Below, piece by piece: positions 10,947 through 23,000 of a stretch of 64,000 nucleotides of DNA. Both the position numbers and the translations under genes were made by a program. Source of the stretch: Phoronis australis (taxonomy: Eukaryota > Animalia > Phoronida). The notes under the pieces were generated by a model. It was not told the DNA's origin, made no database searches, and saw nothing but the letters and a program-made list of their open reading frames with translations. Every line of letters begins with the position of its first letter. Positions within the stretch are counted from its first letter, which is position 1. The DNA lies in the NCBI GenBank assembly GCA_002633005.1, contig NMRA01000213.1:1-64000 (forward strand), given 5' to 3'.

Positions 10947-12676
10947 AATGACAATCAGGTTCTTAGAATTTTTTGATCATTTCTATTTTGTTGTAAAGGG
11001 AATTCTGGGGCCCAGTTGCATAAAAGTTATCCTCCGCGTTGCAACAGTGAAGTCGCGTTATCACACACCACATTGTTATTGTTGAACAATGCGCCTGACG
11101 TCACTCAAAAATCAAATTTTTCCAGTGGATAATTTTGAAATTTTATGCAACCTAGTCCTGTTGTACAGCTGCTGTTATGAAAATTTTAGGCTTAATCCTC
11201 CATTTGTGAGTTTACTGCACATTTAAATAGCATTTTCCGTTGCCAGTTATACCCAGCAAGATGTACAATAGAGTTATAGCGTTTACACATTCCGGCATTT
11301 AAATGTACTCTATGACTTAATATTCCCAAAGCAATAACTCGTAGCATTATGCCGTCTTGTAGTCAGCGCTCACTGCAGTTGAAGGTGCAATCAATCTACC
11401 ACTGTGCTTATCTCCCGGTCTGTTTGTGAAACTGGAGTACCATACCTTATTGTTTTAGATACTTGTTTACTTCTCTGTTTTTATTGTTAGTGTATTTATT
11501 GTGAATTAGACTAAATCTATGATGTAATACTCACTCTTGTGTTTGTTTTAGTCAGTGACATTGTTTTGTTGATAAAACTAATGTCAGTTGTTCTATGATT
11601 AAGANAATGACAATCAGGTTCTTAGAATTTTTTGATCATTTCTATTTTGTTGTAAAGGGAATTGTGGGGCCCAGTTGCATAAAAGTTATCCTCCGCGTTG
11701 CAACAGTGAAGTCGCGTTACCACACACCACATTGTTATTGTTGAACAATGCGCCTGGGCCCGGTCTCCAATCTTTTTACTCGAAATGGAACTCGAAATTA
11801 GGTTTGGCATTTTCTACTCTACTTTTGGGCGAACTCAAGATAAGTGTCTATTATTCTATGCTCGAGTACACAATAACTTACGTAGATAATTTATTGCCCT
11901 TAGTTCACAGTTTCTAAACCCAATATTAAAGCAATAAGTTCGAGTTTGAACTTGAAATTTCGAGTTTTTACTCGAGTTTGTAGCACAAATATAAGGGTCT
12001 TCAAGGCCAAACTTGAACTAGAAACTCCTATGCATAAACTACAATGTATTCGAGCACGGTCTGATAACCAATTATCTTAAGTTCTCACAAAAGGAGCAGA
12101 GCAATTGCCAAAAATAGTTTCGAGTTCGTTTCGAGTACAAAGATTAGAGACCGGGCCCTGATATCACTCAAAAATCAAATTTTTCCAGCGGACAATTTTG
12201 AAGTTTTATGCAACCTACAGTGTAGTCCTGGTGTACAGTTGCTGTTATAAAAATTTTAGGTCTAATCCTCCATTTGTGAGTTTAGTGTGCATTTAAATAG
12301 CATTTTCCGTTGCCAGTTATACCCAGCATGATGTATGATAGTAGAGTTATAGTGTTTCCACATTCCGGCATTTAAATGTACTGTATGACTTAATATTCTC
12401 AAAGCAATAACTCGTAGCATTATGCGGTCTTGTAGTCAGCGCTCACTGCAGTTGAAGGTGCAATCAATCTACCACTGTGCTTATCTCTCGGTCTATTTGT
12501 GAAACTGGAGTACCATACCTTGTTGTTTTAGATACTTGTTTACTTCTCTGTTTTTATTGTTAGTGTATTTATTGTGAATTAGACTAAATCTATGATGTAA
12601 TACTCACTCTTGTGTTTGTTTTAGTCAGTGACATTGTTTTGTTAATAAAACTAATGTCAGTTCTTCTATGATTAAG
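10947..12676. repeat. Direct duplication of IDH3A 3' region (10947-11604 and 11606-12676) joined by a single N
   Basis: Both copies start aatgacaatcaggttcttagaa and end ttctatgattaaga; high identity apart from a 401-bp insertion in copy 2. Confidence 0.92.
11757..12157 (+). mobile_element. PIF/Harbinger-like MITE, 401 bp, CTG target-site duplication
   Basis: TIRs GGCCCGGTCTCCAATCTTT / AAAGATTAGAGACCGGGCC, flanked by CTG on both sides; the empty site (gcgcCTGacg) is visible in copy 1 at about 11091-11100. Confidence 0.9.
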
Positions 12677-14165
12677 AAGATGTGTTTTGCACCCAAAATT
12701 TGCGTGGAGTTATTTGGTTGAAAGGGAACAGCTAGACAGTGTATTTCTCATTTAAAATGTACACTGTAGTGAATTGACGGAAAAGTCTCCTTCAGGAAAT
12801 TATGTTTGTCATTCTCCATGTCGTTTTTAAAGGTGGCTACTCTTTCTAGTTAAACATTTTCTTCCAATAACATTTGAGCATTAGGAACGGGGGGTGGCAA
12901 AAGTTGGAAGCGGAAGTGGATTTGTGCAGTAGATGGATTGCCATGGATCCAAAAACTCTGGATGGTTCTGATTTTCGTTGGTATTGTCATTGATCAAAAT
13001 TCAAAATTGCATCAGATTTGGGTATCTCAGACCCTGCCATGCACGTGACATTTCGTTAGTGGGTGAAAATCTCACTACATGTTGATTTGTTTCTAGCTCG
13101 TAAGCCCCATACGGGAATTTTTCATTTTTCCCTGGCTTTTCACATTGTAATTGATATAGTTTAGAGACTTTAAAGCGATGGAAGCCATTTTTGTTGGCGA
13201 GATATCGACTTGCCAAAACACATGTAAGTGAAAAGCGGAGAGCAACTATTACCTACCGTATTAAATTTATGAAACATGTTAGTTGGTCCAGAAGCTAATC
13301 TTCGAACCCTGCAAAATCGGACTGACCCGAAATTTAAGCAGGCGCGTTGCATGATTACAGTGCAAATGCGTAAGTTTAGTTAAAGCGTGGCATGCAATAG
13401 GTTGAGTTTCGCCGCACATAGATCTCCGGGGCCCTGGACTCTTGAGCAATTGTTTTTTGATTGCCAGTAGGTGAATTGTTGGCTAATGTTACTTGTGACC
13501 TCAAAATGAGTTTCATCAATCGAGAGACATCATGATAATAGAAATCAGTATTTCGTAAGTTACAATTCTGCAGGTATTTACTTTTTATGGCAATTCTTCA
13601 AGGAGGAAGCTCAATGGACTTCAACTGTGGTGGCCATTTTGGTGGTGCGCTACCAGCAACTTCGAAATTATTTTGAAAATTCGATGTTGAATGCCGTACA
13701 CTTCAGTATCAACATTAAATAGCCTGTTAGTTTGTTAACTAGTTTTCACTAAACTGGCAGTTTGCGGTCTAATTCGTTTCAGTTTAAGTTTTCAACTGAA
13801 AAGGAGCCCGTGAAGTAGCCTTCGTGACATTGTGACATCGCCACGAGAACTACATGTACACATGCATCAGAAAACTGACCGAAGGAAGCAGGCCCGTGAC
13901 GGACTAATGTTTACACACTATTATGTATGTCGTCACTACATCAAATTTATGTACTGATGGTATGCATTTGAACTTGAACGCGCTGTAGAAAAAAAGTAGA
14001 ACCCAGTGAGAATGAAAATTCATGAATGGCTAACGAACCCATTTTAGCAGAAGCCATGAGGATATGGTACGGCGGTTTCGTATACCCCATTATGGCGTTT
14101 CTGTTTCGCCTCGCCAATGCAGGCCTGTTGTTCTTTTCCGCTCAACCCTACTGTAATACTGTGAG

Positions 14166-14331
14166 CAGTGGCGGATCTAAGGGTGGTCAAGGGAGCCATA
14201 GGCCCCTCTCCCTAAAATTTTCCCAAATTTCATTTGACAGTTCGGGAGTGCGAATGCCTGACGGGCAAAATCCTGGCTAATACTTTGCCCTGACCCCACC
14301 CGCCCAACTCAAAATCCTCTATCCGCCCCTG
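14166..14331. mobile_element. Short TIR element with 5-bp TSD (GTGAG)
   Basis: Ends CAGTGGCGGAT / ATCCGCCCCTG; GTGAG on both flanks. Confidence 0.8.
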
Positions 14332-15023
14332 GTGAGTTCAAGATTTGCGGGTAAGTAAACGCATTGAGCAAACGCGAGGTTGCTTCAATTTGTAATGAAG
14401 AAGGGTTGAAGTTTCGCGCTCTGTTTAGATTATTATCGAACATACTAGACTCCGAGGTACGCCTTTTAAAAAAGAGAGACTATCCGGCATAAAAACGTTC
14501 TCAAGATTCGATGAGCACCTTTCGCAATATGGCTATGCACCCCAAGGGGTTCCGGTTAACGATTGATAGAATTCCACATACAGTACATGCACATACAGCA
14601 GACATTTATAGGGGCATATACCGCAAGCAACGCAAATTTACGTGATGGCTTGGGGATATCATTGAGCATTACTATGAGTAGAAAACTCTGTCGTAGCCGC
14701 CACTCAAGTTGGCTGAAAAGTGGATGAAAGGCATCGGAAATTTCAGAGCTCATGGGTTACAAAATCCATATGGTTCCATTTTAATACATAAGTGCAATTT
14801 CCTACGCCGACTCCGTCCATGATCAGGTTAGGCCGAAATTGCTGAGGTACCGACGACGGGCCACTACTGAAGTCTCATAATCTGATGGCAGACGGCCGGG
14901 GTAACTTCAGTTCACTTACTGAAGTACACGTTCTACTTCAAAAACGTCGACGATTTGTCCAGCACCGTGGAAGCCAGTGGTTGTTTGTGCGCGCGCATGA
15001 CCTGTGCGTGTACGATCAAGTGC

Positions 15024-15230
15024 AATTCCTTACGAAAAATTCCCGCAATCTAGGATTTCCCGATTGGATTCTTATAGGAATTCCAAAAGGATCCAATAGG
15101 AATCCTATTGGATTTTGGCACAATATCCTATAGGATTTCCTATTGCATCCTATAGGAAGTCCTTTAAGATATCCTATAGGAAACCCTAAGGAATTCTTAT
15201 AAGACTTTCAAGAAATCCATAGGATTTTCC
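15024..15230. repeat. Degenerate array of ~11-bp palindromic units (TCCTATAGGA)
   Basis: Repeated variants cttataggaa, ccaatagga, cctattgga, cctatagga. Confidence 0.75.
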
Positions 15231-15474
15231 ATCATGACATTTTCAATGCATACACAATACATCACACAACACTCAGCTGTTTTCAACAAAAGAAATTCAA
15301 CTGGAACACAGGTACTGTAACTTCAAAGCTCTATTACAGCAGTCTGCTCTGTTCTTAAGCAAGGTCGACAGCAGAATATCTATATATGTTACAACGGCCG
15401 CCGCCGCCGCCGTCGGATTGGGACACTGCCCGCCCGGCCGGCGACTGCTGGGCCAGAGAGCCGCCTACGGTCAG

Positions 15475-15886
15475 GGCCCGAGTCTCTAATCTTTGTACTC
15501 GAAACGAACTCGAAACTATTTTTGGCAATTTCTCTACTCCTTTTGTACGAACTTAAGATAATTGGTTATCAGACTGTGCTCGGATACATTGTAGTTTATG
15601 CATAGGAGTTTCTTGTTCAAGTTTGCCCTTGAAGACCTAATTCGTGCTATGAAACTCGAGTAAAAAAACTCGAAATTTCGAGTTCAAACTAGAACTTATT
15701 GCTTTAATATTGGGTTTACAAACTGTGAAATAAGGGCAATAAATTATCTACGTAAGTTATTGTGTACCCGAGCATAGAATAATAGACACTTATCTTGAGT
15801 TCGCCCAAAAATAGGCTAGAGTAGAAAATGCCAAACCTAAGTTCCATTTCGCCGGAGTAACTTGAAAGCAGATTGGAGACCGGGCC
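15475..15886 (-). mobile_element. Second copy of the 401-bp Harbinger-like MITE, inverted
   Basis: Reverse complement of 11757-12157 throughout; flanks CAG / CTG (CWG). Confidence 0.9.
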
Positions 15887-16119
15887 CTGGGCTGTTTACT
15901 TTCAATGTTACAACCTAAAATCGCTTGGATAAATTATCAGTGATAATCGGATATTATATTATAAAACTATGGAACGGCAAAAATGAAGACACTTCTTGAA
16001 AATTGTGTCCAGGTACTTGAAATTGAAGGGCCGGACTGGCAAGCTGGCATCGCGGCTGCTGGCCTTCTACAATGCTCCACACCTGCCATCTGTTAGTCGT
16101 TCGAAGAACAAGCAGAATC

Positions 16120-16426
16120 CTACAATGCGCATGTGCGAAAGCAGGTTGCTGTGCATTTGGAAGATAAAGTTGGTCAATTTCAGCGTTTTGTAATACGAAT
16201 TCCTGATGATTTAGGTGTATTCTAGTATAGTTGGAGAACCCAATTATCGGTTTTGTCTTGTAAGTGGTACGTAATAATTTCGTAGGTTGCTATTGTGGAG
16301 TTATTACGAACTTTAAATTGTTTCCAAGATAAACAAATATGGCGCCGGTTTTGATTCACAAGCACTGACCTGGAGTCCTGACACTGGCATATATATTGAC
16401 AACATTTAACTTGTCCGCAGGTAATT
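16120..16426 (+). promoter_or_regulatory. Probable CCDC87 promoter and non-coding first exon ending at donor 16420/16421
   Basis: NRF1-like TGCGCATGTGCG (about 16126-16137), YY1-like AATATGGCG (about 16336), CAG|GTAATT donor; the first coding exon has an upstream acceptor at about 19789-19800. Confidence 0.4.
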
Positions 16427-16499
16427 TTTCTTGCATTTCTGTATTAACGAGCAAACAGTCGACAAATATTCCTTTTTTTATACTCAAGCCGTTACTAGG

Positions 16500-16627
16500 C
16501 ACTGGCGTCCTTTTTGAAGCTTCTGATCGTCCCCAATGCCAATGGCCACTTTTTTACTATACCTGGCAGTAGCTAAGTACTATATGTATAGTGTATTGGG
16601 GACGATCAGAAGCTGAGGACGCCTGTG
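16500..16627. mobile_element. 128-bp MITE with 8-bp TSD (TTACTAGG), hAT-like
   Basis: Inverted ends CACTGGCGTCC...AGCTTCTGATCGTCCCCAAT / ATTGGGGACGATCAGAAGCT...GGACGCCTGTG; TTACTAGG at 16492-16499 and 16628-16635. Confidence 0.88.
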
Positions 16628-19600
16628 TTACTAGGTCAGTTTTATGAAAATCTAAAGTACTTCAGACTGAGTGCTCAGGCAGTCTCATACATCTCGGACT
16701 TGCCTGTATTTTCTGGTCAATGATTAGCAATAACCCCCTACATATGTGGTACCTGTTTCGGAGGACTAGTCCATCCTAAGACAGTCCAATCACTAAATGA
16801 CAAAAGTAGATGCAATCTTTTTCTCAAAATGTGTGACTGGTCACCAAAATGCCGGGACTATTGCCTGGCATTGCATTAAATTTGAAGTGGAATATATGGC
16901 TAACCATGCTATGAACATTCCCACTAAATAAAATTGGTTCTAACCCCGGTGTTTAAGGTAAACGGCGGGGTATGGAAAATTGAACTAGACCGTATTTATC
17001 CACCTTGGCTCAGACGCGCTCGGCTCATGCTCAAAGGGATGCCGCCAAGCTGCTCTATTCATCGAGTCACGAGCGAGGATAATTGACTTCGCTCATGCGG
17101 ATATGATCAGCTGATTACAGTTTAGCCTAACAACTGTACTTTTTATGGAGAGAATTTTACGTAGTTTTTACTGTAATATTTGAAAAGAGGAGCGAAAACA
17201 AATACGAATACAACTTTGAATTTTTCAAATCGGCCCAGGATAAGAGATTTTGCAACACAGAAACACTCACGATTACTTTCATTCGGCGCGCACGAATACA
17301 AAAATATAGAACCCAAGTTAGGATTGTATAAATGTAGAACTACTCCGTGTGTTATTTAGGTTTTGGAAAAAATGCATTTTAATACTCAAAATACGTTTTG
17401 TATAGCTATTACAAGCTCTAAAACGACTTTGTGTAATTTCATTGAGATCGTTCTTTGTCATCCGTCAAACCGGAAACTTCCGAGATGTGACTCTGCGAGC
17501 GCACTCACCTTGCACGTTACAGCCGTTTAAGTGAAAAACAATCTAGTAAACGCCATTTTCTTGCATAATCCTCCGCCTTTTGTAACAAAAAAGTCTATCG
17601 TCGATGACCCGCACACGCACGCTCACTCACTCTCATACGCAGACGACCTTCAAAACAAACGTCACGTGACAACAACATGTGTGTTCATCCAGAGATTTTT
17701 CTCGTGTTGTGGAGTACGATGTAGCGCACATTTGGACTTAATCGCAATTAATCTGGACTCCACAGGAACTTTAAAAATTGTAAAACATCAGGAAGATTTC
17801 AGGTAATTTGTTGAGTCGAAACTATATTTTTATTCAAGAGTACAAGTTTTCCTATTGACGATCGCGATTCAGCGACGCATCAGTCGGCAAGTTTTCGCCC
17901 TGTGATGAGCACAATTTTTTGAAAAATTATCGTAATTTAACAACGGAAGTTGATAGCAATGCACCACAATTTTGTAGAAAGGCTGTCATAGGCTACAAAT
18001 ACGTCACAGAGCGTAAATTTGATGAATCCTAGCTTCCGATTTTACCCGTTTGGGAAACCGGGTTTCAACTGCCGTAGGCTCACTACATTAAGCGTCCCCT
18101 CCCCGTGAAATGAATTTTTCTAAGCGTTTGTTTGAGCCAATACAGTGTACAGCTTTCCACCAAGGCTAGGTGATGCAAGACATTATTACTTGTTCTTTGT
18201 TGCATTATAGTAACTGATCTTGGCTAATTATCATTTTATGGCCTGGTCATCCATTCAGCCAAAGTAGTTTCAGAGGTGGCTTATCAGCCAATTATTCACG
18301 CATGCTGACTCACAATAGAAGCCTGATAAGAGTGAAGGTGGATAAATGCTGTGTTCCTACAGTTTCTTGTTTTAGTGGATGTGTTCACGACATGACAGTC
18401 AAAAAGAATTCTGTTGGTTCTGGTTTTTGTTTTTTGAAAATTGACATGGCATGTTTTAGAAAACTAGCAACAGTCTGCCCATTTCTGACACCTTTTTACC
18501 ATGTATTTTTTACTTCCTTGTACATTTATTCTGTGTTATATTTCTGGAAAAGCTACTGGAACTTATGAATGGTATTACCCGAGAGGAAATCAGTCAAGGG
18601 ACTGAAATTTAAGAAGCTATGAAATACCAATCACTTGGGTCACAAATTGTGTACTATAGAGCTCATGGTTGACACGCCACAACTCAATGTTTTGGAAAGC
18701 ACGTCTCTAGGAGTCAGAGTGTTTCCTGACGATTAAGTTGTAACTCAATTTAATTAATTTTAGAAATTTTGAGTGCTATTTTATTGTACCTTCTTGATTC
18801 ATATTTGCAATTATTTCAGACATGGAAACTTGTAGCTGTCTGCTTCCTCTGTTACTTCAACTCAGTTGTTATTAACCGCGATCAAAAAACAATGTTATAT
18901 TTTGTGATTGTAAGGTGGATCCAGGTTTATGTAACTTTCTGCTGTAAAACTCTTTCACCATGATGTGGTCATACAAAGCTGTCGTAGACATGAACCAGTT
19001 TCTAATCCCAGTGTACAACTGGGGCCAAGTTAACAGACAAATCAAATTGCTTCATTTACGAACATTTTGAGACATTGGGCATTTTTGTATGAATCATTCC
19101 CAAGGCACAACTTGGTCAGTTTGACAGCATGGTGGCCATGAGCTTAATATGAATATCACTTGAGAAAATATTCCCCTGCATTAAATCCGTACAACTATGC
19201 AGAATGCTTTCTACCATTTACCCAACGCTCTCTACTAAGTAGTGACACTGCGTACTTCATGGTGCCGCAAACTGGCTGTTACAACTGCTCTGCCAAGCCT
19301 GACATTGTTAAAATACATAATAATAATAAATTTATTGACAGTACTAATGCCACCGGCCCTAATGCATGTACAGTATCATTCAGTGCCCGAATGTGGCGCG
19401 CTATCGTCAGGTACAACCATAAAGATAATGCATTAAGGTGTAAGCTTTTCACAAAAAAACAAAAGATAACTGGCTTATTTTCAAACGTTATGTTCAGCAA
19501 GCCTGGCATTGTTTACTTGCTTGCAGGCATTTGTCTGGCTTCTGAAATACAAGTTTGATATCTTGCCAAAATTTATATGCAAATTCATTTTTTTTTCTTC

Positions 19601-19811
19601 TTTAAACAATGAGGTGTTGAGCTGCAAGTTTCAAAACGAAAATCAAAACCAATTTCATTGTGTCAAGTGGTCTAAATCCAAGATACTTAGTTTTTGTGCC
19701 AGAAGGCAGACTTAATATGCTTTTACAACTGTGTAGTACTAGTATGCATCAGTTCTCTTGGAATGACTGATTATTGCAATTTTTTGTAGAACTTGTGTAG
19801 TCGCGGTAAAC

Positions 19812-20048
19812 ATGTCTGCCAGAAGCCAAGAATCTCGCACTGCATCGCAGGCAACTGTTGCCACGGAGGAGCCCAACATCCATGCCTCCTCGTCGACTTC
19901 AATGGAGGATACCAACAACAATGACGGTATGGAGAACCCTGTGCAGATGGACACGGGGAAAACTCACTCTCAGAAAACAAGAAGCAAGGTGGTATCCGAG
20001 AGAGGCGAGGATGACATGTACCCAATGACGAAACTGAACTTTAAGCAG
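19812..20048 (+). CDS. CCDC87: CCDC87 exon (first coding, 79 aa low-complexity N-terminus)
   Basis: aacATG start, CAG|GTGGGA donor, phase 0. Confidence 0.7.
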
Positions 20049-23000
20049 GTGGGACTGATTGTCTGCTGAGGTGGATATAGAGATACACATACACACAATT
20101 TATACATAGATAATATATATTGTCTGGTTTGACATTCACAATCACATTTAAGATGGCAATAATGTTGTATCCATTGTTAGTCTTTCATTTTTTATGTTTG
20201 TAATTACGTCATCCTATATTTTTGCAAACGTGCTTTTAATGTAAGATATATTGAGACATGATTGACTCTGGTCTCTGTTTTTTAATAGTGAGTCGGTGGC
20301 ATGGTATTTTTTAGTTGCTCACTTTCTCAAAAAAGAAAATCCAGTCGAGACGAGCAAAATTTATACAGGATTTTTTACTTATCACTTGGCAAATCATGGT
20401 GTTTGAAATCTTGCTTACCCTTGTTTAAATGCCTTTGTGCAGCTTTTCAAAAAAGCAAAACCTTGACCTGGGCAGACGTTTTTTTAGTTTGTGAGCACGT
20501 GTCACAAAATGAGTCTGGTAAAAGACCAGAACCAAGTTTGTTTTTTTGGCCTAATCAATCATTGGATTTCATTAATTTTGTTGACTGACAGATTACTAGT
20601 CACTGCTGACAACAGGGTTATTTTTCTTGTGATAATACATTCAGCAGTTTATTGAATTACCAAAACATATACATGCTCAGGATGAACCTGGGTGAATCTC
20701 ATTTAACATGATTTTATCAATATGCTATTACGGTTTATTTCAGGTAATTAAAGTAAATTTTATTTCATTTCTTCAATTCGCTGTTATCATGGTTTGTATT
20801 AAGTGTAACTAGGGTATTGCTCACCAGTTCTCAGTGAAATCTGAGCGGAAGGAAATTTACAGTGTACACACCTTTGTGGCTATTTACACTGTATGGAGAT
20901 CTGTGTGTTGAACACAAGGTTCACTGTGCCTAATTTCTTTACAGAGGGATGTGAAGAAGAGGTACAAGGGTGTGGTAGGGCCGCTCAGTCTCTTTGCACC
21001 ATTTCCCCACGAGGAAGGTACTGCTCTTACTGCTCTTTGTACACTTGTATTACAATTGAAACTAAACCATTTTGTAGATACATTTTGCCTGCGTACAAAT
21101 AATCTCACTTTAATCCTTTATTGTTTAGGTTTGCATTGTCCAGCCTGGGGATAATAGCAACTCGAAATGCGCTTGTTTCAAGAAATAATTTTCAGATTCT
21201 TCTCGTGTACCATTAGTAACTCTGTCCTTCCATCCTGTACATAGGCTCACTTTGTGTAAATTACGCAGGTTGGGGTACCCTCGCCAATTCTAGTGTAGTG
21301 ACGGCGATGATTTGAAATCAACTAGTAGTCTTAATTGCACAGAATTGCCTGTACATTTGACTAATGAGTTGCTAGTCATTGTTGCCAGACAGTAGTAGAA
21401 CCCAACAGTCTGTAAGCGCAGTGTAGTTGTTTTCATATTGTTTAGTTTTGTCAAAATTTTGATTTAAAAATTACTGAAGGAAATCAGATAAGAATTACTT
21501 ACACCATTTGAAATTTTACCAATTTTCTCTGTCAGAGAGGAAATAGTGTCGATGTTTTTTTGAAAAGATTAGCACTCATTTGGTCCGTTGTTTCCCATCT
21601 GCATTTCTCTCAATTTGTTCACTGTTAACACTCACATGTTTTCTCTTTCCAGTGAAAGTTGTGGATGAAAGAATAGAAATGGAGAGACCAGTGACACCTA
21701 TTGACGTAAGTTTACAATACCATTAGCTAGCTCATATGGACCCAACAGTACATGGTCTTACAGTTCATGGGAACAGTGCCTAGCAGCGACAGTTGCCTCC
21801 AATTTTATGTCATCCTCTTAGAAACTCATTACGAATTTGATGAATTTGGACATCGGTCTCCATTTAATTCATTCAGAAGTGGGCGTATATCCTTTGGGTA
21901 TATTTTCAACACTGCAGTTTAAGTGCTTCTTTGCAAAGTTGGTCAATGGCTGAGTTATGTTGTGATGAGTGCAAAGCTCACTTTTCATGTGCGCCTCCCA
22001 GGCACACAAAATTGTCAGAATCTTTTCACGGGGCTCTTATGTTCTAGAAGCTGCTGTCTTTATGTAGCTCATAATGAACAGATACAATAGTTGTTCATGT
22101 ACTTTGAAACTATGCATTTTCTTTTGATGCATGTTCTCAAATTTTACTTGAAGGTGGCGTATTTCCAATCGTCTGGGAGCTTTAAGTGTAGAGTTTTCCG
22201 AGTCAACCAAAATTTGAAGTAGATGAGGAATGCTATATCTTTTGTTCAATTTGTAGTTACCTTTTGGGTTTGCTTCCGCCATCGAGCTTGAATTCTTGAT
22301 ATTGCATTGATGTGCTTGTTGACTGGATGTTCCTGAATGTTTCAAACGTATTGTTTCAGGAGGAAATTAAGATTCAACCATTGCACTTCACTCAGCTTGC
22401 CAAGTACATCAGGCGCCGCCTGGCGGCTAAGGCTGAAGTGGAACACTTAAGTATCGACGAGCAGCAGGGACTGGTAAGTGAAGGAATGCTGATATTGTAG
22501 TGGGAAGAGCTATTCGTTACCGTGTGCGTGTACTTAGGTACATGCATTTGTGTGTGAAGCTTTGCCCATATCTTGAACTAGGCGCTTGGGCATTTAATGG
22601 TCTGGAGTAAAGTCGAGGGGCAAATTTTTTTAATATTAGTCAAACAGTGAAACTTGACTCATCTGTAGGCGTTTATTTTTACCCTAAGTATTACTTAATG
22701 TATTTATGACACTCGGTTTAGCACGTGCGTTATATGCTCATACAGAAGATACCGATCTGCACCGCAAAGCTTTGGTGCATGAGCCTACATGTGAAACAGT
22801 TGAGTAAAAATAATTCTTTAGAAAATGCTCATTATTCTGGTGGTAGGTGCATGGGCTTAAAAGGGTGCACATAAGACAAAAGGCCATTCTGACTGTCTTA
22901 CAGATGCTATCAACCTGTCCTCCAAAGTGAAATCAACTCGACATGTACTTTTTCTATCAAATGTTACACTTGCCAATTGTTGATTCTTCTCTCAGCTGGA

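Noticed and set aside
16941-18066. Possible 1.1-kb TIR element (AACCCCGGT ... ACCGGGGTT)
   Set aside because: Inverted match is only about 9 bp and no TSD could be confirmed.
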